NCBI GenBank assembly: GCA_964547855.1
Contig: CAZJPG010000004.1
Coordinates: 1-54,050, forward strand
Direction of reading: 5' to 3'
Length of the DNA stretch: 54,050 nt
Origin: an uncultured Gammaproteobacteria bacterium
GTDB taxonomy: Bacteria; Patescibacteriota; Patescibacteriia; Patescibacteriales; WJLG01
Part shown: piece after piece, positions 33,901 through 42,534 of the stretch
Position numbering within the stretch: position 1 is the stretch's first letter
Layout: the number at the start of each line of letters is the position of its first letter
The notes under the pieces: model-generated
What the model was told of the DNA's origin: nothing
Seen by the model: only the letters and a program-made list of their open reading frames with translations
The model's database searches: none
Made by a program: the position numbers and the translations under genes

Positions 33901-36244
33901 TAACTATCCTTATTCGGATGCGATCAGGATTTCGACTAATAAAGAGTATTATTTAAGTTTTAAGATAAATACTACTAAGCTTTTAGGTGGAAGTTCTAAA
34001 GCTGTCGTTCAGGTCCTTAAACAGAACGGAGACGTGATAGGCGGCTGGGAATTTGGCAGTTCTCTTGATTGGTACGCTACGACCACGGTCTTTACCTCGG
34101 TCGATTCAAATATCGTCCATCTGCGTCTCGGTGCTTCCGGCTCAGCTTTGGGCGGTTACATCTATATCGATGACATAAAGATATCTCCGGTACTGAAGAC
34201 CAAGGAAGATGGAAGCCAATGGCTAGCCAGCCAGTCGTGTAAGCTATATCCGAAAGAGGATTCCTTGTCATGTGATTACTATGATGATGCCGGCATACGC
34301 CTAAAAGGCGATCTTGGCTATTGTCTTGAGTATGATCGCGCCCCTGGAGATCCGAACACTTGTCTCTTGTGGTGGCCGATCGATAAGGTCAGTGGACAGG
34401 GGGAGGGTAAAAAATCGTCTAGCGGGGATGTTAAGGGGTATACTGGTTCAGCACCATTGTTCTATTGTGTGGCAGCTGAAGACAGGAGGCCATATATAGA
34501 TGCCACTCAAGTTTTTTGGTCGGTTGATGAAACTATATCGTTAACTGTTAATGGTGTAAATGTTCTTGGTGGAGAGGTTGGCTACAATAGAGAGGGTGGT
34601 AGAGATGGGCAGTCGGCTATTTATGACGCTGACCCAACAAGATCTGGCATGGTGCCGTTTATGGACAACACAACAATATCTAGTGTGGCAGAAAGAAGAG
34701 TTTATCTTAATCCTGGTGTTAATAATATTTCAGTTACTTTGGACTCTGATGGCGGTGGCGGGGCTACTGTCATGTTGTTTGGCGGTCGATTTGTCTATTG
34801 GAGTTATGGCGGTATTCAGCAAACTGGAGTCTTTAATATTACAAATCAAACCACAGCAAGAACTTCGGAAGTCTCTAATTCTAATTATGGTGGAAACGCT
34901 AGGATTTATAATTGCGAAATTGACAATGGTTCCGGAGACAATGTTGCGATAGATGCGTTTTTCACTGCTGGTAATTTTGACGATGGCAGAAGAAGGCTTG
35001 TGTTTGCTCCTGAAAATGGTGGTAATGAAGATGGTGAGTGTGATTACGGAGGAAGTATAGGCGGTAGAACCGTTACCTTCACCATAACATTGCCAGAGTA
35101 CGGATGCAGAAGCGTAGCCCAGGTTGTTGATCGCAATGGAACGAATAAGGCTTGGGTTGAAAGATTGAAAGAGTCTAGCAAGTATGAAGCTCTGTGCAAT
35201 ACTCAGGCTGGTATGCCATCGTGGGCGAGTAGTTTGAGAATGTATGACAATGCCGAAGGGCGCAATGTGACAATCGCCGCGGCCAATGGTACATGTTCTT
35301 ATAGTGCCAACAATACTCCTTATGGATCGATAACACCTCCGGCCGGAACCGAATTCGAAATGATGTCACCATCGGAATGGGGTAGGATTAATTTAGGTAT
35401 TCCGTTATTGTATAGGTCATCAGGCGCTAATATGGGACAGCTTTATTCGCCGTCGACTTTGAGTTATTTATTCGCTGAGAGCTATGGTGTTTGGGATTGG
35501 GACGATGGTCTTAAAACATATAAAATAAATTATAGCTCAGCCTTGAATTGGTCATCTCCAGCTGATATTTGTACGAATAACGTTCGCCCAACGTCTAATA
35601 ATAATTGTGCTGTTAGACCATCTCTTAGTAATGATAGCGGCGATAGCAATAGCTTGAGACTTAATGGCGGCGCTAATGCTGTGGTTTTGGGTCGTGGTTT
35701 CGTCAACTTAACATTCAACAGTCAAGTGGATTCACAGCAGGCCCCGTTGGTGATGTATGAGGTCGATTGGGGTGATGGTGAGAAGCTGACCGTTTCCGGG
35801 TCAGAGATGAAGGATATGCCTAGCAAGGACTATCCTCACTCTGCTTACCATGCTTATGACTATTGGGATATTTTGGCCAAGAGTAATGCGGCTTTAGTTA
35901 AAGAAAAAATGCCAACAGTTATCTGTAATCCAAAAGACGGCACGCATCCTTGGGATTATTGCACGCTTAAGCCGAAGGTTAAGGTCAAGGATAATTGGGG
36001 TTGGTGCAGCGAGGGTCGTGATGGCGTACCTTGTCCATCGCCTTCGTCGGCTAAATGCATCCTTTCCGGTAATGCTGGTTTGAATGATCCGGCTGCCATT
36101 ACGATGTCTAATTGCAGAAACTATTCAGTGAGCGCTTATGCTAGTAATCCATCAAGGACTTGTCCTTCATCAAGGCCGGTCTGCAGTGATGGTTATTATG
36201 AGACTTCGGGGGAGGTAGTAGTCTATAATTACATAGGAGAATAG
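27971..36244 (+). CDS. Giant (2757 aa) Cys-rich exported protein with CBM-like and Ca-binding modules
   Basis: Signal peptide MKKLFLGVLVAVFSL...ANAQ; DxNGNGVLD repeats; N[LI]..N.[GN]FE CBM4/9-like starts; very high Cys content. Confidence 0.85.
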   Translation: MSLNSHNQKKEPSKMKKLFLGVLVAVFSLTIATSAAPANAQISIVGSIPEVTTNLLDKLKEVFSTLLKKTGSALMNSAVKNAVNTLAYEAANKVGAGMTGQKPMYEEKEWGDIFADTGNAAIGGFIDSMDEVWGVNLCEPDLSVKLKIGLGLKAQSAPPKPSCDWQTLSKNWDMEKLKGDFTKNFAVTFEPNNSDLGAARFLLNSMLEKEASEVADKKLETMSNQGWLNPRNIGGIAKTFPDNAKIQLEGSNQAYWNSMGKVTGDIFTDAANVFLNQLAITTYQGIMANLTEKSKDNSNGLADASADPSAGGGAAGVRSGLAKIVESRFDSRGDYDILGELSSCASTPGGVGPTNCVIDERMRQAIEQKKTVGQALKEGLLRSDAPFGFVSTGNGLEPNYLEGIPYRSMLILRKFRIIPVGWELAAQKIYSSNDAKKNAYLGKMVECYSKDDAYEGYWSDWCNGLVDPDWVLKAPQNYCAKEGYGPQVIFSQAVEQGSENVVTEKEDVDGDGILDTEDANGNKVLDSGEDINGNGVLDTEDVNGNGVLDEKNEIIKLPPKLIVNRLDGYCADEQSCIKEKADGSCEYYGYCTEERRKWSFGGDSCEPVFNTCQTFKGEKGESISYLKNTLDFCDASDYGCERYAKASVLSYSTTAKANNWSNNDGYSYFNKNAQECDADNEGCHEFLRIAKGVGTNLIRNSGFEQNQNSDYCTTMFSVDCSIFSPEESSASNPGAEPERFWRIKSQGGGGAIADDAPDRGGNVLRINSSVSPAGWYSPDRSAGSDYSVLPQGFVMEPEVSYTLSADIYNIDADRVVLAIGREGQYWEAKEITSQGSWVRESVTIRNNQDILANEIRIFGYGSSGVAFYIDNIKFEIGNKATAYNDYRQSNLVYERLLPIYLEPICYVDAANGDYRLKSDAPTECRQYARKCNRDEANCEMFTSTKDGAKLPAAVGDKDYCSAECNGFDSYVQSQNNFNSRQAFYFIPKTAAVCSAADVGCEEFTNLDKSEQGGESREYYSYLRQCVKPNTSGNTCASFYTWEGNNEQGEQLSLHNLKSDPSGDVSLTSSDLGLCSETIFNLAPTDLGYNPDCRKFYNQSGGVSYHLYSRTISCTEDCHPYRMSNKNVDPAITSSAACTGASRSWDSSINACRYCENGGTWSSEHQACIYNATPGESTACSASANGCSEFNGNQGNNVRQLLLDTFEAGSNSWNGGTVMSSAVSGLKSYQITSTVSRQVGRSVKQGGSYALSFIAKPTGSSDVQVSVSIGNGMLIDSFSANAETESSVTAKADEWNLYQLNLPVLNHEVTDSEMLIISISGGGVYLDNIKLTAITERYYLVRNSWKTPDSCNQDENGKPYPLYMLGCSEYKDRLGNIHYLHRFSRLCQESAVGCEAMIDTQNSTKQSSEYFSAGTGTLVPSDRVSYAVYDPDKKCKSTSKGCERFGLAKEYQNSYTYSDVFIKNDPDKYSSTLCSQEGVGCNKWAAADGDYYFKDPGDMVCEWRIGKLPSKSAPDWGWFKKKVKRCNGTDAVCSSNLDCAIGTCQLETTPDEDLACPVSSLKTFGQGGMGNEVFQPVEESGFNWVGLCSTDQSGCTEYIEPVSEFSSNLIYNADFRQDIDGNGVADGWTSPANGQSLFLEGGSLYALTVEGANMATVNVSSPTFMPFHLLSSDNSLLDPIGSFVVHGSSSVIFYLNSNAEPAVTVSSNDANNSSKIILRKVITDYQLTSDVDKKSCNGVANVGNGCVYFNERSVVGASGLSSLTKNAWLEYGKEINVGNPVNNVNQLIKVSPDRVCNTWLSCKTYTKGDDNKPVCFDIAECDRLDAGGNCANFKVIEPNRKQDRVYDPTDPTAENSETVKNASGYVKIAYAGVPTSISVKNWLPSDYKLFGLMEQDGEKVNVSNGNFEDNIKELNSNKNGFVYKPMGWSPANANWDSSSIGGSGMFQVITDPLSAQNFGIDYPAEGRAFLQYSPANSDNYPYSDAIRISTNKEYYLSFKINTTKLLGGSSKAVVQVLKQNGDVIGGWEFGSSLDWYATTTVFTSVDSNIVHLRLGASGSALGGYIYIDDIKISPVLKTKEDGSQWLASQSCKLYPKEDSLSCDYYDDAGIRLKGDLGYCLEYDRAPGDPNTCLLWWPIDKVSGQGEGKKSSSGDVKGYTGSAPLFYCVAAEDRRPYIDATQVFWSVDETISLTVNGVNVLGGEVGYNREGGRDGQSAIYDADPTRSGMVPFMDNTTISSVAERRVYLNPGVNNISVTLDSDGGGGATVMLFGGRFVYWSYGGIQQTGVFNITNQTTARTSEVSNSNYGGNARIYNCEIDNGSGDNVAIDAFFTAGNFDDGRRRLVFAPENGGNEDGECDYGGSIGGRTVTFTITLPEYGCRSVAQVVDRNGTNKAWVERLKESSKYEALCNTQAGMPSWASSLRMYDNAEGRNVTIAAANGTCSYSANNTPYGSITPPAGTEFEMMSPSEWGRINLGIPLLYRSSGANMGQLYSPSTLSYLFAESYGVWDWDDGLKTYKINYSSALNWSSPADICTNNVRPTSNNNCAVRPSLSNDSGDSNSLRLNGGANAVVLGRGFVNLTFNSQVDSQQAPLVMYEVDWGDGEKLTVSGSEMKDMPSKDYPHSAYHAYDYWDILAKSNAALVKEKMPTVICNPKDGTHPWDYCTLKPKVKVKDNWGWCSEGRDGVPCPSPSSAKCILSGNAGLNDPAAITMSNCRNYSVSAYASNPSRTCPSSRPVCSDGYYETSGEVVVYNYIGE
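29555..29620 (+). repeat. 33-bp tandem duplication encoding Ca-binding loops
   Basis: gaggat(a/g)ttaatggtaatggcgtcttaga x2, encoding ED[IV]NGNGVLD. Confidence 0.85.
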
Positions 36245-36275
36245 AATTTTATAGTCAGTATATTTTCAAGAATAG

Positions 36276-36312
36276 AATCCCCTTGGTCGATCAAAAGACT
36301 GAGGGGATTTAT
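36276..36312 (+). terminator. Terminator after the giant gene
   Basis: aatcccct/aggggatt followed by a T-rich tract. Confidence 0.7.
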
Positions 36313-36410
36313 TTTAATAAAAATAAATTTCTATAGTCTTAGCACTATTTATTTTAAATAGTATAAATTGTTTATTTTTAGCCATAAAATTAATCAAACT
36401 TGACTTTTCT

Positions 36411-36439
36411 TTGACTTTATGGTCGACGTGTGCTATAAT
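36411..36439 (+). promoter_or_regulatory. Sigma70 promoter for the beta-propeller gene
   Basis: TTGACT-17 bp-TATAAT with TG extension. Confidence 0.8.
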
Positions 36440-36543
36440 TTCCAATAGATTTTCGCGTCCCCGCAAGGGGGCTCTCGCGAACGTACTTTAAAAAGGATTG
36501 GCATCCTCGTATTTATTGTCAACTTCAAAAAAGGAGATTCAAG

Positions 36544-37860
36544 ATGCGTAACGTATTATTGACCCTGTTGTCGTTGGCCTTGGTAGCCAACGTTATGTCA
36601 GCGGAGAATGTTAATGTTGATTTTTTCACTTCTTCGAACTGGATAAAGTCTGCTGGTGTTAACATGAACAATGAATATAATTATCCGAAAAGCTCGCACC
36701 CTTTTCGCAATGAGGAGTGGATTTCTGCGACTACCAATATTTATTCAGTGTCTTCTTCCAGCAACTTTGAGGTTTTGGATCATTTCCTTCTTCCCTCTGA
36801 CATGCCATCTAATTATCAAGCGGTGTTCGAATTCGCTTTCGACAATTTTGGTAATATTTGGATGGCTCATCACGAGGGCGTTACTCGGTATAATGAAAAG
36901 ACCAAGACCTGGAAGCATTATACTGACCTTGGTTTGGGAAGTCAGGCTCGGGCTCGTCGCATTCAGTACGACAGCAAGCACAAAAAGCTTATGGTCGGAA
37001 CGATCGACGGTTTCGTCTCAGCAACGATCAATCCTGACGGCTCCGTGGCTAGTTGGAATAAGATGCTTCCTGACAGCACCGATAAGACGGTCCACTGCAT
37101 CGGTTATTATAACGATGAAATGTGGGCCCAGAATACCAAGAATATTTACCATTATGTCGATGGCAAATGGACTGGATATTCAGCTGAGGACCTTGGTGCT
37201 GTGACATTCGTTCGGCCGGCCACTGCCTTTGTGGATAAGAATGGTGATTGCTGGACAGCTGTCATGGATACTGAGATCGTATTCAATTCGAAGTATCGAT
37301 TGGCTAAATTTGAACATTCTTCCGGTTCTTGGAAGAGCGTTCAGGTCGAGGGTGTCGATGAGTGGGATCCGCATAGTGCTGAAACGCATCGTATGGCTAA
37401 CGGAATATATTCGATCGCCATCGATAGAAATGGTGTTATGTGGTTGTCTGGCGTCTGGAGCTTGATGAAGGTAAACGACCTTGCAGCTTCGAAATTGACC
37501 GTAAAGTACATGACCAAGTGGGATAATGGTGACTTGCTGAACACCGATTATGTCATTCTCGGCCTTAATCCGGCCAGTGGATTGAAGGTATCGGCTCGCA
37601 AGCAGATAGAAGATACCACCGGTCTTGGAGCGTATTACGCTTCAGTATCGTCGGTTCGCCAGCCATTCATTCGAAACTTGACCATTGCTCGCAACAAAGG
37701 TCAGCAGTACATCGGCACTTTTTCGCTCGATGGTCGTCGAATCGCCAAGTCCAATCCAGCACTTTCGGCCGGAAATTATCTTCAGATGTTCCGGACGGCA
37801 GAGGGGCAAAATAGTATTGTCAAAGTTATGAGTTTGACCGCCAATCCTTCTCATAATTAA
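36544..37860 (+). CDS. Secreted beta-propeller (Reg_prop-like repeats) with a T9SS/Fibrobacter-like C-terminal tail
   Basis: AAGGAG SD; signal peptide; repeats FDNFGNIW, VDKNGDCW, IDRNGVMW; tail TFSLDGRRI...LSAGNYL. Confidence 0.7.
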   Translation: MRNVLLTLLSLALVANVMSAENVNVDFFTSSNWIKSAGVNMNNEYNYPKSSHPFRNEEWISATTNIYSVSSSSNFEVLDHFLLPSDMPSNYQAVFEFAFDNFGNIWMAHHEGVTRYNEKTKTWKHYTDLGLGSQARARRIQYDSKHKKLMVGTIDGFVSATINPDGSVASWNKMLPDSTDKTVHCIGYYNDEMWAQNTKNIYHYVDGKWTGYSAEDLGAVTFVRPATAFVDKNGDCWTAVMDTEIVFNSKYRLAKFEHSSGSWKSVQVEGVDEWDPHSAETHRMANGIYSIAIDRNGVMWLSGVWSLMKVNDLAASKLTVKYMTKWDNGDLLNTDYVILGLNPASGLKVSARKQIEDTTGLGAYYASVSSVRQPFIRNLTIARNKGQQYIGTFSLDGRRIAKSNPALSAGNYLQMFRTAEGQNSIVKVMSLTANPSHN

Positions 37861-37882
37861 AATAATATTGTTTAGTCTTGTT

Positions 37883-37916
37883 AAGACCCGTTGAGTTAAC
37901 ACTCGGCGGGTCTTTT
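37883..37916 (+). terminator. Intrinsic terminator
   Basis: aagacccgttgag/ctcggcgggtctt followed by TT. Confidence 0.8.
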
Positions 37917-38079
37917 CTGTTGATCAAAAAACGACTCACCATCAACGTGGTATTTTTTTGTGTGACCAACCTGTTAGTATTTTTTTGAATGGGGTGGTGC
38001 TTGCCTGTGTAAAACTCAATAAAACTAGTTAAAAATTAGAGCCAATTATCTAATGTTCGTAGTTTTTTATTCTACAGGG

Positions 38080-38113
38080 CAATATTCAACAAAAACTCCA
38101 ATTATGGTATAAT
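38080..38113 (+). promoter_or_regulatory. Candidate promoter for the T4SS-like operon
   Basis: TTCAAC-17 bp-TATAAT with TG extension; coordinates approximate. Confidence 0.55.
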
Positions 38114-38164
38114 TAACAATGTAGCGACAGCTGTTTTTATGTTAGCTTTAGCAATCTCGAAATT

Positions 38165-38800
38165 ATGCCCCAGACCGGCAGTGTAGACATCGATCTGATG
38201 CAGAAAAAGCGGCTTAGTTCCTTAGAGGAACAGAACCGGGCGGCCAATGAATTAAGGGATGCTCGGCGTTCTTCTGTTGCCGGATCAGTGAATGAGGAAA
38301 AAGGAATGACTCTGCGCCAGCAGGTCATAGCTGCGCGTAAACAACTTGCCGGTGCGGCTAAGAATGCTCGAAAAACATCCAGTGGTATGGGGGCCGTTAA
38401 AGGCCCTAATAAAGCCAAGATGGGGACAGCCCAGCTTCTTAAAGCGGCCTGGATAAACGTCATAGATAGTTTTGGCGCTACTTTGCTCTATATCAATTTT
38501 CATGCCTTTGCTCGCCTGATTCCTGGGTTGCGTAACGTATTCTGTCGTTTGGGCGAAGAGTGGTTGCCTAAAGGAACTTCGGCATCGATGCCGGGTCTTG
38601 AGGACAAGATAGCTAAGGTCGGTTTATTAGAGAAGATGTTGCTTGCCGTCGTTGATGCCATACTTTTAGCTGCGCTTTTGGTCGTTGTCGCGCTTTTCAT
38701 TATAATCGTCAATATGTTTTTTGCTAGTTGGAAAGAGAGAGTTGAGACTATATTTGAAAATTGGGAGCTTTTCAAAGAGCTAGTTAAATTGCTCGGATAA
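38165..38800 (+). CDS. Hypothetical membrane protein
   Basis: Basic N-terminal half with hydrophobic C-terminal segments; 2 nt from the next gene. Confidence 0.7.
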   Translation: MPQTGSVDIDLMQKKRLSSLEEQNRAANELRDARRSSVAGSVNEEKGMTLRQQVIAARKQLAGAAKNARKTSSGMGAVKGPNKAKMGTAQLLKAAWINVIDSFGATLLYINFHAFARLIPGLRNVFCRLGEEWLPKGTSASMPGLEDKIAKVGLLEKMLLAVVDAILLAALLVVVALFIIIVNMFFASWKERVETIFENWELFKELVKLLG

Positions 38801-38802
38801 AA

Positions 38803-41325
38803 ATGCTCGATTTTATAAAAAACAAATTTCAATCGTTAACGAAGAACAAGAAGACTGTCGTGTCTTTTTGTTTGGTTTTTGTTTTATTCGCTTTATTGGT
38901 ATGGTTTGGGACCGATGTTGTTTGGGCGGCATCAAATGATAATAACATTGCCGCTGGTGAGAAGACGGCTGGGATCATAGCTATAATCATAAGTACGATC
39001 GCCGGGTGGTTGATAAATATTTTTGGTGCTATTTTTTCGTCTATTTTGAACGTGGTCGTGGCCGTTGCTAATTACAATGATTTCTCCAATGCCCAGGCAA
39101 TAGTTCTTGGCTGGGTGGTCGTACGCGATATTTGCAACATGTTCTTTATACTGATCTTGTTGGTCATAGCCTTCGCCGTGATATTGCGTATCGATGGATA
39201 TGATGTCAAAAAAATGATCCCGAAGTTGCTGATCATGGCTGTGTTGATAAATTTTTCCAGAACGATCTGTGGTTTGATAATCGATGCGGCTCAAGTAGTG
39301 ATGTTGACCTTTATTCATAGTATAAAGGGGATGGGCGGTCATTTGGTGGACATGTTTGGAATTAAGGATTATCAGACGTTCAGTAAGGACAGTAAGGGAA
39401 ACCCGAATTCCGGACAGATAGTCGTTGCCTCTGTTTTGGCTATAATTTTCATGTTGATAGCTACGGTTGTCGTTATTGCTTTGTTGGGAGTATTGGTCAT
39501 GAGAATAATCATGCTTTGGATATATGTCACTTTGTCGCCGTTGGCGTTTTTCTTAGCCTCGTTTCCGCAGGGAAAGAAATATTCTCAAAAATGGTGGAGT
39601 GAATTTTCCGAGAACGTTATCGTCGGCCCAGTTTTGGCATTTTTCCTTTGGCTTTCTTTTGCCACTTTGGGAAGCGTCACCGATGGCAGCAAATTGTTAG
39701 GACCAGATGTAGATCTTTCCAGCGGTTCGCCAAGTGGTTTAACAGGCATACTTTCCGGCTCTAATGTCATGAAATTCGCTATATCCATCGGCATGCTTTT
39801 AGGTGGCTTAATGATATCGTCTAGCATGGCCGGAGCGGCTGGAGGGTTTGCTGGTAAAGCCATGGGCAAGATACAGGCCGGCGCTGCTTGGACTAAACGC
39901 AAAACTTTGGGTGCGGCAAAAACAGCCGCAGTGGCTACTGGTGGGGCGGCTTTGGGTGTGGCAGCTGTCACTGGTAAGTCACTCGATCGTTTTGGTGGGG
40001 GGATGGTAAATGCTGGCTTGAAAAAAGCAGGTTTGTCCAAGGGGAATAATAGCATATTGGCCGACCGTGGATTGATTGGTGGGAGTTTTTCTGCAGTTAG
40101 GGGTGGAACTTCCAATCTCATGGCTAAAGTGAAAGAGACTATCTCTAAAAACAGGACATTGAATGATGATATATACCAATCTCAATTTAATAAGGACGGC
40201 ATAGTTGAGCATAGAGGAGAAAAATATAAAGTTAATAGCTCTGGAGAGTATCAACGCATAGATGATAAAGGAAATCATGTTTCACCAACCGAAGCCAATG
40301 CTTTCTTGACCAATGCTGACGGTAAGAGAGTGAAGAAAGGCGCCATGAATAGCTTTGCCATCCAAGCCTTTAAGAGGTCGATGAGAGAGGCTACTTCTGG
40401 TTCAAGGGCAGCCTCCAACGCTCTTGAGGAAAAAAATATTGAAGAGGCCAAAAATAAGATCAAAACATCTGGCATGTCTAATGAAGAGGCGCGTCGTCGT
40501 ATGGAAAGCTCCGGGACCACTGCTATCGAGAAAAAGGCTTTGGTTATGCATTTGGCTGAAGAGAAAGGCTTTGAGAGCATAGACCAAAGAGAAAGAGCTC
40601 AAAAAATCCTTGGCGGCAACGAGTCATTGGTTAAAAAATTCGGTGATACGGTGGTCAAAAATCAGGTTCATTTGGCATATAATTTGAACGCCGTGGACAA
40701 AAAAGGTAATCCTGACACTGATAAGCGCGCGCTGGAGCGAAATAGAATGATGAAAGATTTGTCCAAGAATAATATTGATGTGCGTAATTTGTCGAAAGAG
40801 GCTATTGGGGACACGGCCTTCATGGATGCGGTTCATGACTGGGCCGGTGATTCCAAATTCTCCAATATTATGAAGGCCAACGCTGAGGCGGGTGGCAAAA
40901 AGAATCAGGAGAATGTCGTCAATGCTTTGTCTAGAAAAGTTGACAGAACAAAACTAAAGACAGATAAATTCGCAAAGATTCAAGCTGATATAAGCGGCGA
41001 TCTTTCTCTGGCATTCAATTTGCAAAACGATGGAAAAGGTGGAGTTGATACTGCTGCCGTAGCTCAATATTTGGCGACCGCGAAACCAAAGCAGCTCGAA
41101 TCAATTGACAATGATGCTATGGATAAATTAATGAATGTTTTATCTGGTTCACAGAGAACCGGAATACAGAATGCTATAGGAAAGAGTGTGTCGTATGCTC
41201 AAATAAAAAGCATATATAAATCTGGTAATCAAGAATTAGCCAAACGTCTCAAAGATGATATTCTTAATATTGGAGGCAACGCAGCCGTTGATATTCGTGG
41301 AGATGCTGAATTGATGTCGCTTTAA
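38803..41325 (+). CDS. TrbL/VirB6-like T4SS membrane protein with a long soluble C-terminal extension
   Basis: GWVVVRDICNMFFILILL.IAFAVIL, LLIMAVLINFSRTI...IIDAAQ, R.IMLW...LSPLAF; Gly/Ala-rich linker. Confidence 0.75.
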   Translation: MLDFIKNKFQSLTKNKKTVVSFCLVFVLFALLVWFGTDVVWAASNDNNIAAGEKTAGIIAIIISTIAGWLINIFGAIFSSILNVVVAVANYNDFSNAQAIVLGWVVVRDICNMFFILILLVIAFAVILRIDGYDVKKMIPKLLIMAVLINFSRTICGLIIDAAQVVMLTFIHSIKGMGGHLVDMFGIKDYQTFSKDSKGNPNSGQIVVASVLAIIFMLIATVVVIALLGVLVMRIIMLWIYVTLSPLAFFLASFPQGKKYSQKWWSEFSENVIVGPVLAFFLWLSFATLGSVTDGSKLLGPDVDLSSGSPSGLTGILSGSNVMKFAISIGMLLGGLMISSSMAGAAGGFAGKAMGKIQAGAAWTKRKTLGAAKTAAVATGGAALGVAAVTGKSLDRFGGGMVNAGLKKAGLSKGNNSILADRGLIGGSFSAVRGGTSNLMAKVKETISKNRTLNDDIYQSQFNKDGIVEHRGEKYKVNSSGEYQRIDDKGNHVSPTEANAFLTNADGKRVKKGAMNSFAIQAFKRSMREATSGSRAASNALEEKNIEEAKNKIKTSGMSNEEARRRMESSGTTAIEKKALVMHLAEEKGFESIDQRERAQKILGGNESLVKKFGDTVVKNQVHLAYNLNAVDKKGNPDTDKRALERNRMMKDLSKNNIDVRNLSKEAIGDTAFMDAVHDWAGDSKFSNIMKANAEAGGKKNQENVVNALSRKVDRTKLKTDKFAKIQADISGDLSLAFNLQNDGKGGVDTAAVAQYLATAKPKQLESIDNDAMDKLMNVLSGSQRTGIQNAIGKSVSYAQIKSIYKSGNQELAKRLKDDILNIGGNAAVDIRGDAELMSL

Positions 41326-41337
41326 TTTTGTTTTTAA

Positions 41338-42441
41338 ATGAATATTTTTCAACAAAAATTGAATAAATTACCAAAAGAAGTGGCGTCGTTTTTGGTATCA
41401 ATGGAGGCTGTTAAGCTGAATAAGGAGGTTTGTGGTAAATATGGATTAAAAGGCGACCAGGTGGACAAATATGTTAATTTAGTCAGTTCTCTATTTTTTA
41501 AAGAGGTTTCTTTAGATGAGCTCGTGAAGACTGTGTCTTCTTTGTTTGGTTTTGATAATTTCAAGGCTAATGAGATGTCGAAGGACATTGCTGGTATTAG
41601 GCTTTTGGTTGTAAAAGATTGGGTTGCCGGAGTTAAGGAGTATATTGAATCACTGAATGGAAAAATTGAAGATTATGCGCCTTACGTTGAGAGACAAAAA
41701 AAGGCTCTAGAAGATGAGGACAAGTTCTTCAAAGAGGCAATGGCTGAAGAGTCTCTGGATGATCAAAAAGACTCTGATAAAGAAAAAGATTCTGCGGTTA
41801 ATCGCAGTGTTGTCGAATTTGATATTACAAAGGAAAAAAATGACAGTGTTAATAATTTTAAAGAATCTGTTTTAGAGTTGCTGGATTCAGACAACGAGCC
41901 TTTAGCTGATGAGTATAATGGTATTTTGCTGCAAGTTCTTATCGATGGCGGTGTTTCCGCTAAGGTCGATTTGGAAAAAGCTTTGTATGAGAATCAAGAA
42001 CGTTTGACCTCGGCCCCATTCATGCTTGATGGCAAAGTGTCTTCTGGTACTGTTGCTAATTGGATAAAATATTTTATCTCTATAAAAGGCACAGGGATTT
42101 TTGATAATATAGTTTTGTCTTCGTTCTTAGTCCAGTCACCTAACGCCAAGGCTTTGAGCGAAGTAGAAAAATCTCGTTTGCGCAAATTGCTGCTCTTGTA
42201 TCGTAATTTGAAATTTTTTCCGGAAAGCATGCCGAATAATACCGGCGAAGGTTGGGAGATAATACCTACACAGGTCACCGAAGAAGTCCAAAGAGAGGTT
42301 AAGGTCGTTCAAGAGAAGAAGGATTCTGAAAATGAAAAAAAGATCCAAGAGTTGCGAGCGACTCTAGCTAAATATCCAGAAGGAAGTTTGGCCAGAAGGG
42401 CCGTGGAAGAGGAGATCAAGAGAGTAAAAAGTCAAAAGTAG
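41338..42441 (+). CDS. Hypothetical protein
   Basis: 367-aa ORF within the operon; N-terminus KLNKLPKEV..FLVS.E. Confidence 0.75.
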   Translation: MNIFQQKLNKLPKEVASFLVSMEAVKLNKEVCGKYGLKGDQVDKYVNLVSSLFFKEVSLDELVKTVSSLFGFDNFKANEMSKDIAGIRLLVVKDWVAGVKEYIESLNGKIEDYAPYVERQKKALEDEDKFFKEAMAEESLDDQKDSDKEKDSAVNRSVVEFDITKEKNDSVNNFKESVLELLDSDNEPLADEYNGILLQVLIDGGVSAKVDLEKALYENQERLTSAPFMLDGKVSSGTVANWIKYFISIKGTGIFDNIVLSSFLVQSPNAKALSEVEKSRLRKLLLLYRNLKFFPESMPNNTGEGWEIIPTQVTEEVQREVKVVQEKKDSENEKKIQELRATLAKYPEGSLARRAVEEEIKRVKSQK

Positions 42442-42525
42442 AAGTAGAGAATTTGTTTTTTGATATTAATAAGAGAACTTTTGATTTCACGATAAGTCTA
42501 TTCATTTTTAACTTTTAACTTTTTA
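42425..42525. repeat. Inverted heptamer-like repeats
   Basis: aaaagtc-aaaagta-gaagta ... tttaact-tttaact-tttt. Confidence 0.5.
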
Positions 42526-42534
42526 TTTAATACT

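Noticed and set aside
28090-35718. Many short antisense or out-of-frame ORFs inside the giant gene and other long CDSs
   Set aside because: Expected shadows of long coding frames, with no motifs or start signals
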